Under the pieces are notes generated by a model that was not told the origin of the DNA, searched no databases, and saw only the letters and a program-made list of their open reading frames with translations. The translations under genes were made by a program, and so were the position numbers. Below, one piece after another: positions 15,913-30,438 of a stretch of DNA of 64,000 nt. The DNA comes from the human T2T-CHM13v2.0 reference genome, Homo sapiens: NCBI RefSeq assembly GCF_009914755.1, contig NC_060926.1; one strand, written 5' to 3'. Numbering within the stretch: the stretch's first letter is position 1; each line of letters begins with the position of its first letter.

Positions 15913-16067
15913 GATGCCCAACACCTGCTGTAGGGATGCCCACCACCTGGTATAGGGATGCCCACCACCTGCTGTAGGGATGCCCACCACCTGCTGTAGG
16001 GATGCCCACCACCTGCTGTAGGGATGCCCACCACCTGATGTAGGGATGCCCACCACCTGCTGTAGGG
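15913..16067. repeat. 22-bp minisatellite, ~7 copies
   Basis: Unit gatgcccaccacctgctgtagg at 15913, 15935, 15957 ... 16045. Confidence 0.97.
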
Positions 16068-17324
16068 CACGATGCACTCAGGGCCTAACAGGGCTGCTTG
16101 CCACTGTTTTCCCCAGCATGGGCCCATGAGGGGGGCTCTGGTTTTGAATTTCTACATCTGCTCTTCACAGCTTTCCTGCTTCTGGCTGTGCCAGGCCCCA
16201 TGAACCAGTCACCCCTGCTGTGGCTGTTGCCTGCCCCAGGCGCTGTGGAAATCCAGGCTCAGAGCCCCTTAGACCTGGGTTTGCCTCTGGTCTCCCCTCT
16301 CTGACTGTGTGACCTTGCACCAGTGCCTCAGCTTCCTTATCTGCACAACCCAGTTGACACTGGGGAGTTCAGATGCCCAACCCAATTGCTAATGTGCATG
16401 CCAGGCTCCCAGACCACACTTGCTGGGCATACCGTAGCCTTCAGTGAGGACTGGTTCCCTTCCTGCTGTCTTCCTTCATAACCACATGACCAAGATTTCC
16501 AGAAGTGGGTCTGGAAATTTTATTGCCTGAACTCATTCCCTTCAATTTGGACCATTTCTGCCTAATTCCTGAATCCCTGATGGTTAAAGCTCCTAATTAA
16601 GGTAATTTAGGTAAAGAGAACTGCTCATTGGCCCATGCCCCAACATGAGCTGAAGCTTCCAGAACCCCCAGAAGGCTGAGATTTCTGATGGTTTTAGATT
16701 CAAGAACTTCATTGTTCAGATTTTTCACTCCTCTTGGCTGGCCTCTCTGGTTCATTACAGCTCCCTTCAAGCACTCATCAAGATGTAGTTCTCTATGTGT
16801 GCAGATGAGGGAAAGCACATTGCCAACATAAGTGTGAGAGTCCTACACTTTCAAGCAGTCACACATGTGGGGTAGAAATTTAGGAATCCTAAATGGAATT
16901 CTGCTAAGCTTTGAGCAAAAGGGGATTACTTCTTGCTCTGTAGCACACGCATCCTAGGAGAGAAAACAAAGGGTGATCTTGGACCAACACAAGAAAGAGA
17001 AAGAGGCTGAGTTGGGGGCCACCATCTGAAAACATAGTAAGAGCCAATGAACGGCAACAGCAAGAGGAGAATGTTGGCCCACAAGCCAGCAGAGATCCCT
17101 GTGAGGACAATTCAACCCTCCCTCTCCCAGCTCCGCATTCTGTCATCCCATCAAGTCATTTCCCAAGAGACCCTGCTCTTCCAGGGAAGTGCTGTGAGCT
17201 CAGGCCACCTGGATGGTGGAGGGCAGAGCTAGCTCTGTTTGGAAAATGCCCTTCAGTCAAAGTTAAGATGAAGGCCAGCATCAAAATATGATATTATGGT
17301 TATTGAACAATATTTATTCAACAC

Positions 17325-17600
17325 ATATTTGTTGAGAGCCTACTATGCACCAAGCACCGTGGAAGGCAGCAGGACATCAGAGTGAGCATCGCAGTCCCTG
17401 TCCTCCCAGAGCTCAGAGCAGGGGAGCAACAGACACTAACCCGATAATCACACGAGCACGGGAGATAAATGATGGGCCTGATCTGCAAGAACATGCAGGA
17501 ACCCCAGGGAAGCCGACAGTGGGCAGGGCTGCTTGGCCAGGACCTGATTTCTGAGGGAAGGACAGTTGAGTGGTGATCCGAACAGGGAGCAGGACTTGGA
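17325..17600 (-). mobile_element. L2 3' fragment
   Basis: attcaacacatatttgttgagagcctactatgcaccaagcac is the typical antisense L2 3' end. Confidence 0.6.
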
Positions 17601-18835
17601 CAGATGAAGGGAGGTTGGGTTGCAGGGTCATTCAGAAAAGAGCTGGAGCCCAGAGAGCAAGCGGAGGCAGCCAGGGTGGGGCTGTGCAAGTAGACCAATG
17701 TGAGCCCAGGGAGCTGCGTGTGTGTTCAGCTGCTTGGAGGGCAGTCACATGAGGCTGTGTGCTGACGAACTGGCAGGAGCAGAGTCAGGTGACAGCTCTT
17801 TAAAGGCCTAGGGCACTCTTGCATAACCCACGATCCCCCACCCAGCTGAACAACGGCAAAGCCAGAATGCTTCCAAAAATGGGGTCCCCCCTCCATTTTC
17901 CGGGTTTATTGGAAGAAAAAAAAAAGGATTCAGTGTCTGATGAAAACATATTTTCTTGTAATTTACAAGTAGTTTCCTGGATATGGCTAAGATTTGGGGC
18001 AATATTTTGCATGTGTTCTGTTTCCTGGATGGTTATCTCAAAAATCCAGAACCCTTGTTAGCCTAATGCCATATTGGCCCAGAGGGTTTAGACAGAGAGA
18101 CTGAGGGGGACGGGTTTTAACTACTGCCTGCCAGAGAGCTGGAGCACCTGAGAGGGTCAGTGGATGGGAACTGCAGGCCTTTTCAGCACTAATCCTGGAC
18201 TCTGCCATTGCAAAGGAAGCAGGCACGTCCAGACTCTGTGAGGCTCCTTGGTGAGCCAGAAACCTTCTCTCCCCTAAGGTTCCCTATCCACGTGCAGAGA
18301 GGAGGCTAAGCCCAAGGCCACCCCTCAGTGGGACTTGCCTGACCAGTTATCCTTGGAACTGGGGTATGCCCAGGCAGTGAAATTAAAGGGTGCTTCTCTG
18401 AAGCCCATCTTTGGTGGTGAGCTTCCTGCTGGCATGGCCAAGTGAACCATCCTTTCCTCCCTCTCATGCCAGCCACTAAGTCCCAGCAAAGGCTGAGTCT
18501 CCAGACGGCCACTATTACGACAAGGAAGTAGGGAGGGGACTCTGCTGTCCTCTGGTGTCCACCCACCAACCCAGACTTTAACAGTGTGGCTTGTGAGGCT
18601 CAGGGCTGAAGAGATCGGCTGCCTCTGACTCATTGTGTGATCTTGGGTAAACACCATCTGACTCTCTGGGCATCAGTTTCCTCCTTTAGAAAGTGAACAA
18701 GGAAGGGTAGGTCTCAGGGCAGGGTAAAACGTCAGGGAGGTAGAGGGTACCAGCGACGGGCACACTGGGGAGCCCTGAGAAGAAGCTGGGGAGGCAGGAA
18801 TACAAAGATAAAATCTATTCTCTGCTACCATTTGA

Positions 18836-19420
<585 letters not shown>

Positions 19421-19819
19421 TAGGGACAGCCTAAAAAATAAGTGGCTTAATATTTAAATAGCAAAGCCATGAAAGTCAAAGACAGAGGAACTGATCTGAT
19501 TTGAAGGAGACTTAGAAATGACAACTAAACAGAACATGAGATTCTAAACTGGATCGTTTGGCAACAAAAAATTACGGAGACAACTGGCAACATTTGAAAG
19601 GACTCCGATGATTAGATGATAGCAACATATCATGTACAGATGTTGATGGTTGGATTGCAGTTTAATAGAAGGTTGTCCTTGTTTGTATAAAATACACTAA
19701 ACCCTCATGTCAGAAACTCCATCACAAATGGCTAGGGGAAGGTAGGGTTCTTTGTGTTATACTTGAAACTTTCTGTAATTTGGGGATTGTTTAATCATTT
19801 TAAATGTTTATAATTCCAG

Positions 19820-20121
<302 letters not shown>

Positions 20122-21449
20122 CTAGAATTTTCTCTTAAAATTGTATACATCCTTTGACTCAGAAAATCCAAATCTATAGGCTTTTAGTCTACAGATATAT
20201 CAGTATGTATGTACAATGATATTCATGTGTCATCCTATGTATGATAGGTGTCAATAAGAATTATCTAGGATGATATTTATGGCAGAATCATTTAAATAGC
20301 AAAAAATCAAAAATTAACTGTCCATCAATAGAAGACTGGTAAGTAATTATGGTAACTCACACATTGGATACTCTGCAACCAAAAAAGGATGAAGTAGATC
20401 AACAGGAATAGTAATTAATATTTACCAAGCACTCACCACATGGTGTCTCACCCAAGCTGCAGGGATATTGATTCACAACACCCTTATGTGTAACTCCCAT
20501 TACTATTCTCATCATGGAGAAGAGAGAAAAAAGTCAGTAGAAGATTCAGTAACAGGTCCAAGATGACACAGCTTGTGGGCCACACTCCTAGTTGGAATTC
20601 CGACTCTTGCAGTTGGTTTGAGCCCACATGCTTAACCTCACACACACACACACCATTCAGAAAGAATATAGAAGACACCATTAATAATGATTGCTTTCTG
20701 GTCATGGAGGTTAGTAATGGAATAAGAGAGAATTTGGCTTTTCATTTTATACTCCTTATATTCTTTACTATATACCTTATATATCAGCGTGTGTCAGTTG
20801 TATATTTTTTAAAACCACTACTTCAAATAAATAAGCACTAAAGTATTAAAAACATTTTTAAAAACTTCTGCCCTTAAGGAACTTAAGTCCCTACATCAAC
20901 TCTTAAGGGATTTATTAATCTTAACAAGTAACAGTAAAGTATATGGCAAGGAGGTAAGGAAATGAAAAACATAAGCACCAGATCATATGGGATGTGGAAA
21001 TACTGGCTTCAGTGTAAGCTTCACTCTATTCCAGGGTTCACACTCAACAATTGATGGTGTTTGGTAAGAGCACCTGTCTCAAAGCAGCCCAGGGGCCTGA
21101 AATACCCTGATTCACCTACAGTGTTCCCCTGGGCTCAGCAGGCAACAACATTCTTTTTTGTTCTTTTGCAGCCTTTTGAAAGCTGTTTACAAATAATCTA
21201 ATGTGATATCACAACAATCCTATAAGGTTTTGATTCCTCTTCTGTTAAATGGAGATACTAGTATCTATTCATTCACCTAATGGCTTTATTCCTATCATTT
21301 TGCAGATAGGAAAACTGAATTGCAAAAGCGGTTCCTGGAGAACAGAATGTGAGTTTTTAAGTGACAAGGGAGAGGGAGGGGGAGGGAGAGAAAATTCTGA
21401 AGCGCCCAGTCTTGGAGGATGAGGGAGGAGGGCAATTCCCTAATGTCCA

Positions 21450-22650
21450 TTGGAATTCGGAAGGACAGGCAGGCCGGGCGGACTGGAGACGGCGGCTCGC
21501 CTTGGGACCCTCTGAGCTTGCGGGCCCCGCTGAGCACCCAAAGGCCGGCCCTAGAGTCCAGGAGAAGAGCGCAGCGGCGCGGAGCTCCCAGGCGTTCCCC
21601 GCAGCGCGTCCTCGGTCCTGGAACCACCGCGCCGCGCGTCCTGGCTTCCACATCTGCCCCATTTGCCCGCGGATCTTGACTTTTTCTTGGCGGGCAAGGC
21701 CTCGGTCTCCTCCCCGCAGCAGGGCTGCCCGCGGCTGCGGGACCCTCCTGGTCCTGATGCCTGGCAGAATCGAAGGGGTGAGGGTACGCTCTCTGCAGCA
21801 GAAAGCCCTGGGCTTAAAGTCCTATTTATTATTTGGCGTTGCCACTTACTGGTCGGTGGCTTTGGTAGGGCGCGTTTCTGAGCCTCAGTTTCCCCATTTG
21901 TAAAGCCGAAGTACATAGCGCTTTCCCTGCAGAGTTAGAAATTTCGACGATGTGCCGCGCGCTCTAGAGCGCGCTCAGCAAGCGGGTCCCACCGTGCCCA
22001 AGGCAGGACCGCGGCGCGATGTCACCTATGCAAAGTCGCCGCAACTCACGGGAATCGCAGCTGTGTGCTCAACTTTCCCCTCCCCGCCGCCGTCTTTCTC
22101 CCCAAACTGGCTTGGGGGTCGAGTATCCGGGGCTCTCCCCCGCACTGGCGCTTCCCGCGCGGGCGCCCCAGGTGTCCGTTCCGTTCCGCCCTCTGCCTGG
22201 CAGGGCATCCAGAGGTGTCCGCGCTCCCGGAGCTGGGCGGAGCGGGGCGCAGCCCACGTGGTTCGGGCGGGAGGCGCCGGGACGTGGCCAGTTGCCCGCC
22301 TGCCCCGGAGAGCCAGGCGCTAACCAGCCGCTCTGCGCCCCGCGCCCTGCTTGCCCCCATTATCCAGCCTTGCCCCGGCGCCCTGACCTGACGCCCTGGC
22401 CTGACGCCCTGCTTCGTCGCCTCCTTTCTCTCCCAGGTGCTGGACCAGGGACTGAGCGTCCCCCGGAGAGGGTCCGGTGAGTGCACTGAGAAGAGGGAAC
22501 AGCGGGGCCAGGGTGGCGCCCAGGACTCGGGGCTTAGGCTTTGGGGGGTGCGCGGTGTCGCGTGCAGACCCACTGGTGTGAAAACGCCCCCAGCCGCCAG
22601 CCTCCCGGCCTCGGTCCAGGCTGGTGAGGACAGCGCGTTCCCAGCCACCC
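21450..22650. promoter_or_regulatory. MLPH: CpG island / promoter of MLPH
   Basis: Dense CpG and GC boxes (gggcggag, ggggcgc) and a CACGTG E-box at ~22255, directly upstream of and covering exon 1; boundaries estimated by eye. Confidence 0.85.
22290..22476 (+). other. MLPH: MLPH exon 1 (non-coding 5' UTR); 5' end approximate
   Basis: Strong donor CCG|GTGAGT after 22476 inside the CpG island, upstream of the ATG-bearing exon; no ATG seen in the exon. The TSS cannot be fixed from sequence. Confidence 0.8.
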
Positions 22651-23389
22651 AGCCTTAGTCCCCCAGGCTTCACCTGGATTCTTTGAGCAGACTGCTCTGG
22701 GTGCAGGCACGGGTGGGAGTGGGATGGCGGGGGATCCCCATTTTGGGCAAAACGGTTGGTTTTAATCAGAAGCTCCATTGCCTCCATTGCGAGTCTGCCA
22801 TGCAGACTGGGCCAAGGCTGCTGATGCCAAGTAGGCTGGCCCCAGGGGAAAGGTTTCCTCCCAGCCCAGGAGCTGGTCTTGGGGTGAGGAAGAGGCCAGA
22901 TGATCTTGGCCTGGGAGGAGGCACCTGGCTTCCTCTGGGCGTCTAAAAGTCTGTTTTATTGGAATCACCTTTTGTTTGCAGACAGACTCCCTGGGCCCAC
23001 CAGGGAGGTGTGGGAAGTAGAGATGTGGGAAGGGTCTGTGAGCTGTGAGCACCTGTGGGCTTCGTCCCTACTAGCCCCAAGTCCCTACAGGAACGGAATC
23101 TCACTTGTAAATCCCTTCCCCGGGCTTAGACACCGCGTCCCACTGACATTAACTGGCACTGGAAACTCCACCTCACTTCCACACGGAACTTGGGACAGGT
23201 CCTTTTTTAGATGGTGTGACTGGTATCTTCTTCACTTATTTCTTTCTGAGGGAGTGAAATGACAGTCGGGGGAGAGCAAGGCTCCCAATAGGTGCAAAGG
23301 CCAGCATTGCTGGGGGCTGTGAAGTCTCAGGAAAAGGCTTCTGGACTTGCAGACCGCGTTGCTGAGCAGTGACATTGACACCCCGGGTT

Positions 23390-23506
23390 CAGCTGTCCTG
23401 CATCTGTCCTAGGAAACCCATCCCTCCAGCTGGCCTGCATCTGTCCTAGGAAACCCATCCCTCCAGCTGGCCTGCATCTGTCCTAGGAAACACATCCCTC
23501 CACCTG
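23390..23506. repeat. 37-bp tandem repeat, ~3 copies, MLPH intron 1
   Basis: catctgtcctaggaaac at 23401, 23438, 23475. Confidence 0.95.
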
Positions 23507-25282
23507 CTCATTGGCGGGATTCAGCTGACCTCAGTAAGGCCTCAGCCTTCCTGGGCCCAGCCCCCTCCCTGCCCAGGACCGTGCTCCTTAGTATCTAAGT
23601 ACCAGGCATGGGTCACTGTGCTCCTGGCCCTCACTCAGGCTCTAAGAACAGTAGCAGGTGCCTCAGAGGATTGACTGAGGACACATTTAGAGAACATGGG
23701 ATGGTGCCCGGCACACACATGGGGAGTCAGTGGGTCTTACTGAGTACGACATGAGTGACTCAGAAAAAAATTAAAACAAACCAGCTGAATGTGTGCCCAG
23801 TGAGGGGCTGGAGGTGGTGGAAGTGTCCCAGAGCCCTGTGGGCTAATGGGAAAAGTGAAATTGGTGCCTTTCAACCACAATGCAATAACGGCTCAAATAA
23901 GCCCCAGTCTCAGTGGTTGGGGCAGCCTTCTAGGGCCAACTGTCTTGTTCTTTTCAGAAGCAACCTCTGGAGGAACAGTCTTTGCCCCTACTCCTCCCCA
24001 CTACCCCCACACCATCACTCCCCCTCTTAATTTCAACATCCTGGCATCATCCAGGGCTGGAGAGGGCCAGAGAGGTCTTGGAGCTCAGCCATTGTCCATG
24101 GTACAGATGGGGAAACTAAGACCCTGAGAGGAGGGGCATCTTTCCCAGGTGGCTGGGCTGGCTGTGCCTGAACTGGGATGGGAACCCAGCTCCCACCTCT
24201 CAGCACCATCCTCCTACAGCCTCACCTGGGACCCATCCTTGCGGTAGAGACTAGCACTGAGGCTTTAGGTGTAAATGCAGAACTCATGTCCATTTATAAA
24301 TGAGGTTTACCACCAACTCCCCAGAGAACTGGGAGAGCAGAGGGGATGGCAAGTTGGTGGGCAGGTGGCTGAGGGGCAGAACACCCTCCCAGTGCTGTTG
24401 CTGCTGGGGCCATTCCAGACCCTTGTGGCTACAGCACAGATGTGCCTGGTTCACTTGTAGGGAAGGGAGTGGCCCTTCTAGGTGGAAATGTGCTCATTTA
24501 GCCACTGATGAGAGCTGGGGGTCAGTGCCTACTGATGGGCCCCACCTATAGAAATAACCATACAGGCTGACCTGGACGGCAGCATTCGGGAAACAGCCAC
24601 AAAGGATTAAGGCAGAGGGCACTACAGTTGTCATCTCTGCCACCTCCCCTTTATCAGCAAGAATAACACCACACGACACACCTTGGCTCTGAGTCAGAGA
24701 GAGCATTCCTGCTGTTGTTAGCTTGCCAGTTTGTTTGCCCAGGCGAGTAATCACCCACAATCACCATTGTTCCAAGGCTCCCCAAGCAGCCAGCCCAAGA
24801 GCTAGTTAAGCCAATTCTTCATCCAGGAGGAACCCCCACCCTGATTTCCCTTCAATTTGGCCAAAAAATTAATTCAACTCTTTAGCGGATAAAGATGACA
24901 CACTACTGGAATTCAGCAGTCTGGGCCTGGGATACCCATCTTATAAAACCAGCTCCACTCTCTCCTCCCTGCCTATTAATCCCTGTGTCCCGTCCCTCTG
25001 CCCCACTATGGCTATTCAACTGCTGGGGAAGGCTGGCTGTCTCCAATGTTTAAAATATGATCGAATCTGAGCAGTGGAACAGGCAGTAAGTGGAAGTGTT
25101 TTGTTCAGGAACCTCGTGAGCAGGCGTTATCTAAACAGAAATGGAACAAGGAGCAGATAGAGCAGGGTGGCGTCTGCCCTCCCCCAGCACATACTCTGGG
25201 AGCCCCCACCCCACCCAGCTAGGGCAGGCACAGAGCAGCCCTGCACTCCTCATGGGTCTAGCATATTCTCTGCCCTCACCTC

Positions 25283-25385
25283 CCTGAGCCCATGGAGGTC
25301 GAGGCAGCAGTGAGCCATGATTGCACTATCGCACTGCAGCCTGAGCGACAGACCAGGACCTCATCTAAAAAAAAAAAAGAAAGAA
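25283..25385 (+). mobile_element. Alu right-arm fragment (old)
   Basis: gaggtcgaggcagcagtgagccatgatt... followed by poly(A). Confidence 0.75.
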
Positions 25386-27019
25386 AACCATTTGAAAGGG
25401 GATAGAATGGGGGAGGGACAGATATCCAAGCAGCCTCTAGGACATTGGTTGTGATGCTCTGTGATCTTTTTATCCATTCACTTCCTGGTCACTGACTGTG
25501 CTCTAAGAATGTGAAGCTTGCAAGACAAGAAAAGCAGGTTTTTCCTTTTGTTTTGCTTTTCTTCCTCACACATCATGATTTAAGTTTCTCAAACTGAGGC
25601 CTGGAATTTTGGCTTCTATGTTAGGAGAAGAGAGGGAATGATAATGCCTCAGCTGATGGTCACACTGTCCATCCATTCTGAAAATAGAATGTCGGTGAAT
25701 GCTCTTCTTATGATCCCTTTTTTTTCAGAACTCATGAAAAATAAAAGTGAATGAACTCCAGTCATGCATCAAATAATAACTTTTTGTTCCAATTCTTTAG
25801 AAACCAGAAAGTGTGTGCTCTGTGAGAGCATCAAAAATGAGTTCGGTAGTAAGTCCATTTCTTGACCAGAACCTAAATCTGACTGTAAAGGAACAGAGTT
25901 TGAATGCTCCCAGGGCATTGGGGCAATCTCTTCTTGTATTGCAAACACTCAACTTTATGTTTGAGAGTGGAAATGTTGACGAATGGGTGCAAAAAAATTC
26001 AACGAATTATCCTTCTCCATTTTTATGGCATAAGCCAGGGACTATTTTGGCTGACTTCCATGACAGCTCTGTAGACATTTTTATTTTAAATGGTATCTGC
26101 CCAGAAAATGTCCCTTTTCATAGTTAACCTCTTGTGCAACAAAATCGAAGTACGTCTCCAGCACAGGGGGAGTTTTGTTAGTATTTTTATGATAAACGCT
26201 TCCAAATGGTCAGCAGCACTGATGGGAGATGCTTCTCAGAATTCAGAAGCAAAATTGTGTCTTTTTGGTGGTTTTGAGACTTCCCCCTGAAAGCACACAG
26301 ATTGGACCCCTTCTCTAATGTTCCTGAGAAAATAGGTTCAAGTCCTCAAGGAAAACTTATTGAAATTACGAGGTGGTTTTTAAACTTTCAGTTACTCACA
26401 ACAGAACTCCCAGTCATCCATTCCCCAAAGCGTCAGTGCCCAGAGCAGAGCTGGTCTGTCTGTAGCTGCAGCATCTGAGGGCCGAGGGCTTCCCTGGCAC
26501 AGCCTGCTGCACACCAGGGAGCTGCAAGCACAGAAAAGCACCTGCCATGTGCTGGGAACGGACAGAGGTGCTATTCTTGTGGAGCTTAACAATAACTAAT
26601 GAGACATCACCAACTGTTAAGGGGTATAAAGAAACGTTAAAGGGATGGGGACAGGTGAAGGAGTAAAAACCACAGGATGATCAGGGAAGTCCTCTGTGGG
26701 GAGCGTGCACAGTTTTGCAGTGTCCCAGTGTGCATGCATTGGTGGTGAAGTTCTCCCTGGTACAATTGTTCCTCCAATTTTATACCCAGCAGTAATGTCC
26801 ACATCAATATAAGCTGTGAGGCCTGTGTGATATTGCCATATGAAAAGCCAGCAAGTGGATCTGTCATTCTCTGCTCAGCCACCACCACTGCATCACTCCC
26901 CTGCCTCACACCCATCAACCACCTGACAGGATGTACAGGCCAAGGTCCTCTGTGACTCGCCGCCCACTACCCAAGTGAATGAGTCTCCCCTAGAGCTTTG
27001 CTACTCAGAGGGGTCTGAG

Positions 27020-27176
27020 GACAACAGCATGGGCCAACACGTGCACTCGAGCTGCCTGGAGATCTTGTTCAAAGGCAGATTCTGAATGAGTAGGTCTGGG
27101 TTGGAGCCTGAGAGTCTGTACTTCTAACAAGTTCCCAGGGGATGCTGCCAGTCCACGAACCACATTTTGAGTAGCA
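27020..27176. mobile_element. MER5A-like hAT element
   Basis: gcagattctgaatgagtaggtctggg...ttctaacaagttccca...ccacattttgagtagc. Confidence 0.65.
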
Positions 27177-27406
27177 AGCAAGATTCTAAGGTTCCACCTA
27201 TCTTGGCTTTTGACATTTGGATTTTCCTTCCTCTGTCCTTTGGACATTGATTGGGATCAGGTCTGATGAACTTCAAAAAAAAAGGGCATAAGATCATCTG
27301 AGGTTTGACTTCTTGGTCATCAGGTTACCTACAAACACAGCATCACATAGTGCATTGGGTGGGGCCGCTGCTCTGCTGAGCAGCTGAGTCACACCAGATT
27401 CTCAGA

Positions 27407-27520
27407 CAGGCACCATGGCTCTTTGGGAGGCCAAGGCAGAAGGATTACTTGAGCCCAGGAGTTCAAGACCAGCCTGGGCTGCATAGTGAGAACTCGTCTC
27501 TAAAAAAAAAAAAAAAAATT
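27407..27520 (+). mobile_element. FLAM (Alu monomer)
   Basis: ttgagcccaggagttcaagaccagcctggg followed by poly(A). Confidence 0.8.
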
Positions 27521-28447
27521 AAGTAAAATTTTAAAAAATTTAATTAGATTTGCTGAGGGTGAGGCCTGGCCACCAGTAGTGTTAGGTGATCCTAATACAC
27601 CCCAGGCATGAGAATCCCTGCTGGGCAGCCCCACAGCTGACCTCTCGAGTAAATAAATCTCAGCACCTACTGCTCATCCTGCCCAGATGTTTTGTTCTCC
27701 CAAGTTGCATCACTTTTGCCTCCCCAGGGAAATTATGTGGATATTCCCAGCACAAGCACATCGCCCTCACAGGCATCAGGCTCATATGACCTCCCCCTGG
27801 AACCACCCCCAAACACACACATGGCAAACCTAAACAGCCCCCCACGCCCAGAGGATGGTGAAACCTTCCAAGTGCTGTGGAGTCTCCCAACTTTTCCACC
27901 TAGTGGGTCAGTCATCCAGGCGTCCCTGCCCACACAGAGCCTGCAGCATCGCTCTAGGAGGTCTAGGAGATGCACAGGAGACTCTGAGCTGACTATGAAT
28001 TTGCTGTGAAGTTTCCTCTTTTCTGTGCTGTTCCCTCTCCCAAGAAACTTAAGGCGAGAAGCCTCAGGAATGGCGCATTTCTCCCAGGGTTTTCCATTGC
28101 AAAGCCCAACCCTAGGTGAGGGAGAGGAGCCATGCCCCTGGATGGGGAGATCACTGACGTTCATCCCACAGTGGAAAGAAAATGAGAGACCCGTGGCTGA
28201 GTGTGTTTGGGAGAGTAGGAAGTAGATCCCTTTTAAAATTCGAATGTGGGAATTTTGCATAGATTCACTTAAATTCATTAAACTACACAAGTTTCCAGAC
28301 AAGCATTAGAAAACCATTTAACCCAAGTACAGACAGATGTCCTGAGAAGTCAGCAGCGTTCTGTGTTGTCTCTTACTCTGTGACTTGATTGGTATTGGTA
28401 GGCTTCTGGGACTGATGACTTGTGATCCTGTGACATTCCAGGTGTGA

Positions 28448-28576
<129 letters not shown>

Positions 28577-29898
28577 TGAGTGTGCCGTGCTGAGCCCACG
28601 GAGCCCGGGGTCCCTGATCTTCCCCCAGGGCCATCATATGGGTGCTGTCTGGGTGGGTCAACAGCCACGTGCAGGGTGAAGAGTGATGGACAGGAAGCCA
28701 GGTCTGGGACACAGCTCTTCTTTCTGGCCTTGGTTTTCTCAATGAGAGGATCTGACTTGCCAAACTGACATTCACTTGTTCTCTGAATAGTTTTATTTCA
28801 ACTTGACCCAGCTTCCAGGGTGATATATCCTAAGCCAGGTGATACTTAGGCCACATCTTTGAAGAATAGAGCAAAAGGTGATACATGGGGAAAGTCTCCA
28901 TGCCATTCTGAAACACCTAGATGTTGGAATCAAGTCTTTAGGACAGAGGCTGCCCTTCCACCTCTCTTTTCAGCAATGCCAGGTAGCATCCCGTCCTCAC
29001 CATGGGTGACCCCAGCATGGTTTTGTTCCACTCTGCCCAGTGACTGGGCTAAAACCCACCCATCCTTGTTCACTCTATCCACTGCGCATCTTCCTCCCCC
29101 CTCTATCTTCTGGGCCCCCTTATCCTTTCTTGATGTCTTTAGTAGATTGGGTCACCCTATGGGAAGGAAGCATATGAGGGAAGTAGTTAAGCAAAAGCTG
29201 AGAGGATGCTCCCGGCGAAGGGGGGGGCAGAGAGCAGAGGACAGAGGGCAGAGGGTGGAGGGCAGAGGGCAGAAGGCAGAAGGCAGATGGTGGAGGGCAG
29301 AGGCCAGAGAGTGGAGGGCAGAGGGCCCCGCTGAAGATGGCAGGAGGGAGCCTGGTGTGCCCCAGGGAGAGCACAGGCTGGCGAGGCTGGAGTGGAGTAA
29401 ATGAGGGGGCCAGGAAGAGAGGCAGTTGGAGATGTAACAGGTGGGGGGCATGGGATCTGGTGCCAGTCACGGGGGTCCTGTAGAGCTTCACAGGGCCTCA
29501 CCCTTCCCCTGAGTCACCACAGACCTTCGAGCAGAGCAACAGCAAGTCCTAGTTTCTGTTTCACAGCGGTGGGCTCTGTGAAGTGGCCAGATGCACTTTG
29601 CAGGCAGAGCCAGCAAGCTTGACCAGAGATCAGATGGGGGGTCTCCAGGGTGAGAGGGATCAAGGGCAACTTCAAGGTTGTGGCCTGAGCAACTTCAAGG
29701 ACAGAGTTGAGGTCAGCTCTGCTGGGGAGGCCACAGATGGAGAGGTTTGGGGGAAATGTTTCAGGCATGTTGAAGTGACATCACGCAGGTGTGTTGAGCG
29801 GGTGTTGGATACATACACTAGTCCGGAGCTCAGAGGAGATGCGTTACGAGAGCTTCGTAAAGGTGAAGCTTCATATGGTGAAACGGATGAAAGGTATT

Positions 29899-30438
29899 TG
29901 TATTCATTTCTGGGACTGCTGCATATGTGACTTGTACAGTACAGATTTAGTGGTTTAAAACACACAGCTGTCCTGCAGTTCTGCAGGTCAGAGGTCCTAA
30001 AATCAAGTTGTCCTCAGAGCTACATTCCAGCTGGAGGCTGGAGGGAGGACCCATCTCTCGGCCTTTTCCAGGTTCTAGAGGCTTCCTGGATTCCCTGGCT
30101 CCTGGCCCCTCCTCCACCTCCAAGGCCATCAGCACAATGTCTAACAATGTCTCTTTCTGCCACTGCCTCTCTCTCACCCTCCCTCCCTCACCTGTGCCTC
30201 CATGCTCACATCTCTCTCTTTGACTTTCCTGCCTTCCTCTTTCCCCTATGAGGAGAAATATGGTTACATTTAGGAACTGCCCGTATCATCCAGGACCCTC
30301 TTCCCATCTCAGGATCCTTAATGTCATTCCATCGGCAAAGTCCCTTTTGCTATGTGAGGTGACATTTTCACAGGTTCTTGGGACTAGAACATGAATGCCT
30401 TGGGGCAGGGGGTGGCAGCATTGTTCAGCTGACCCCAG
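29899..30438 (-). mobile_element. MLT1 (MaLR) LTR
   Basis: cagttctgcaggtcagaggtcc...gcaaagtcccttttgctatgtgaggtgacatt resembles antisense MLT1C/D. Confidence 0.7.

Noticed and set aside
17745-17752. MITF M-box cores TCACATGA (also 46726-46733)
   Set aside because: About the number expected by chance for an 8-mer in 64 kb, with no supporting context.
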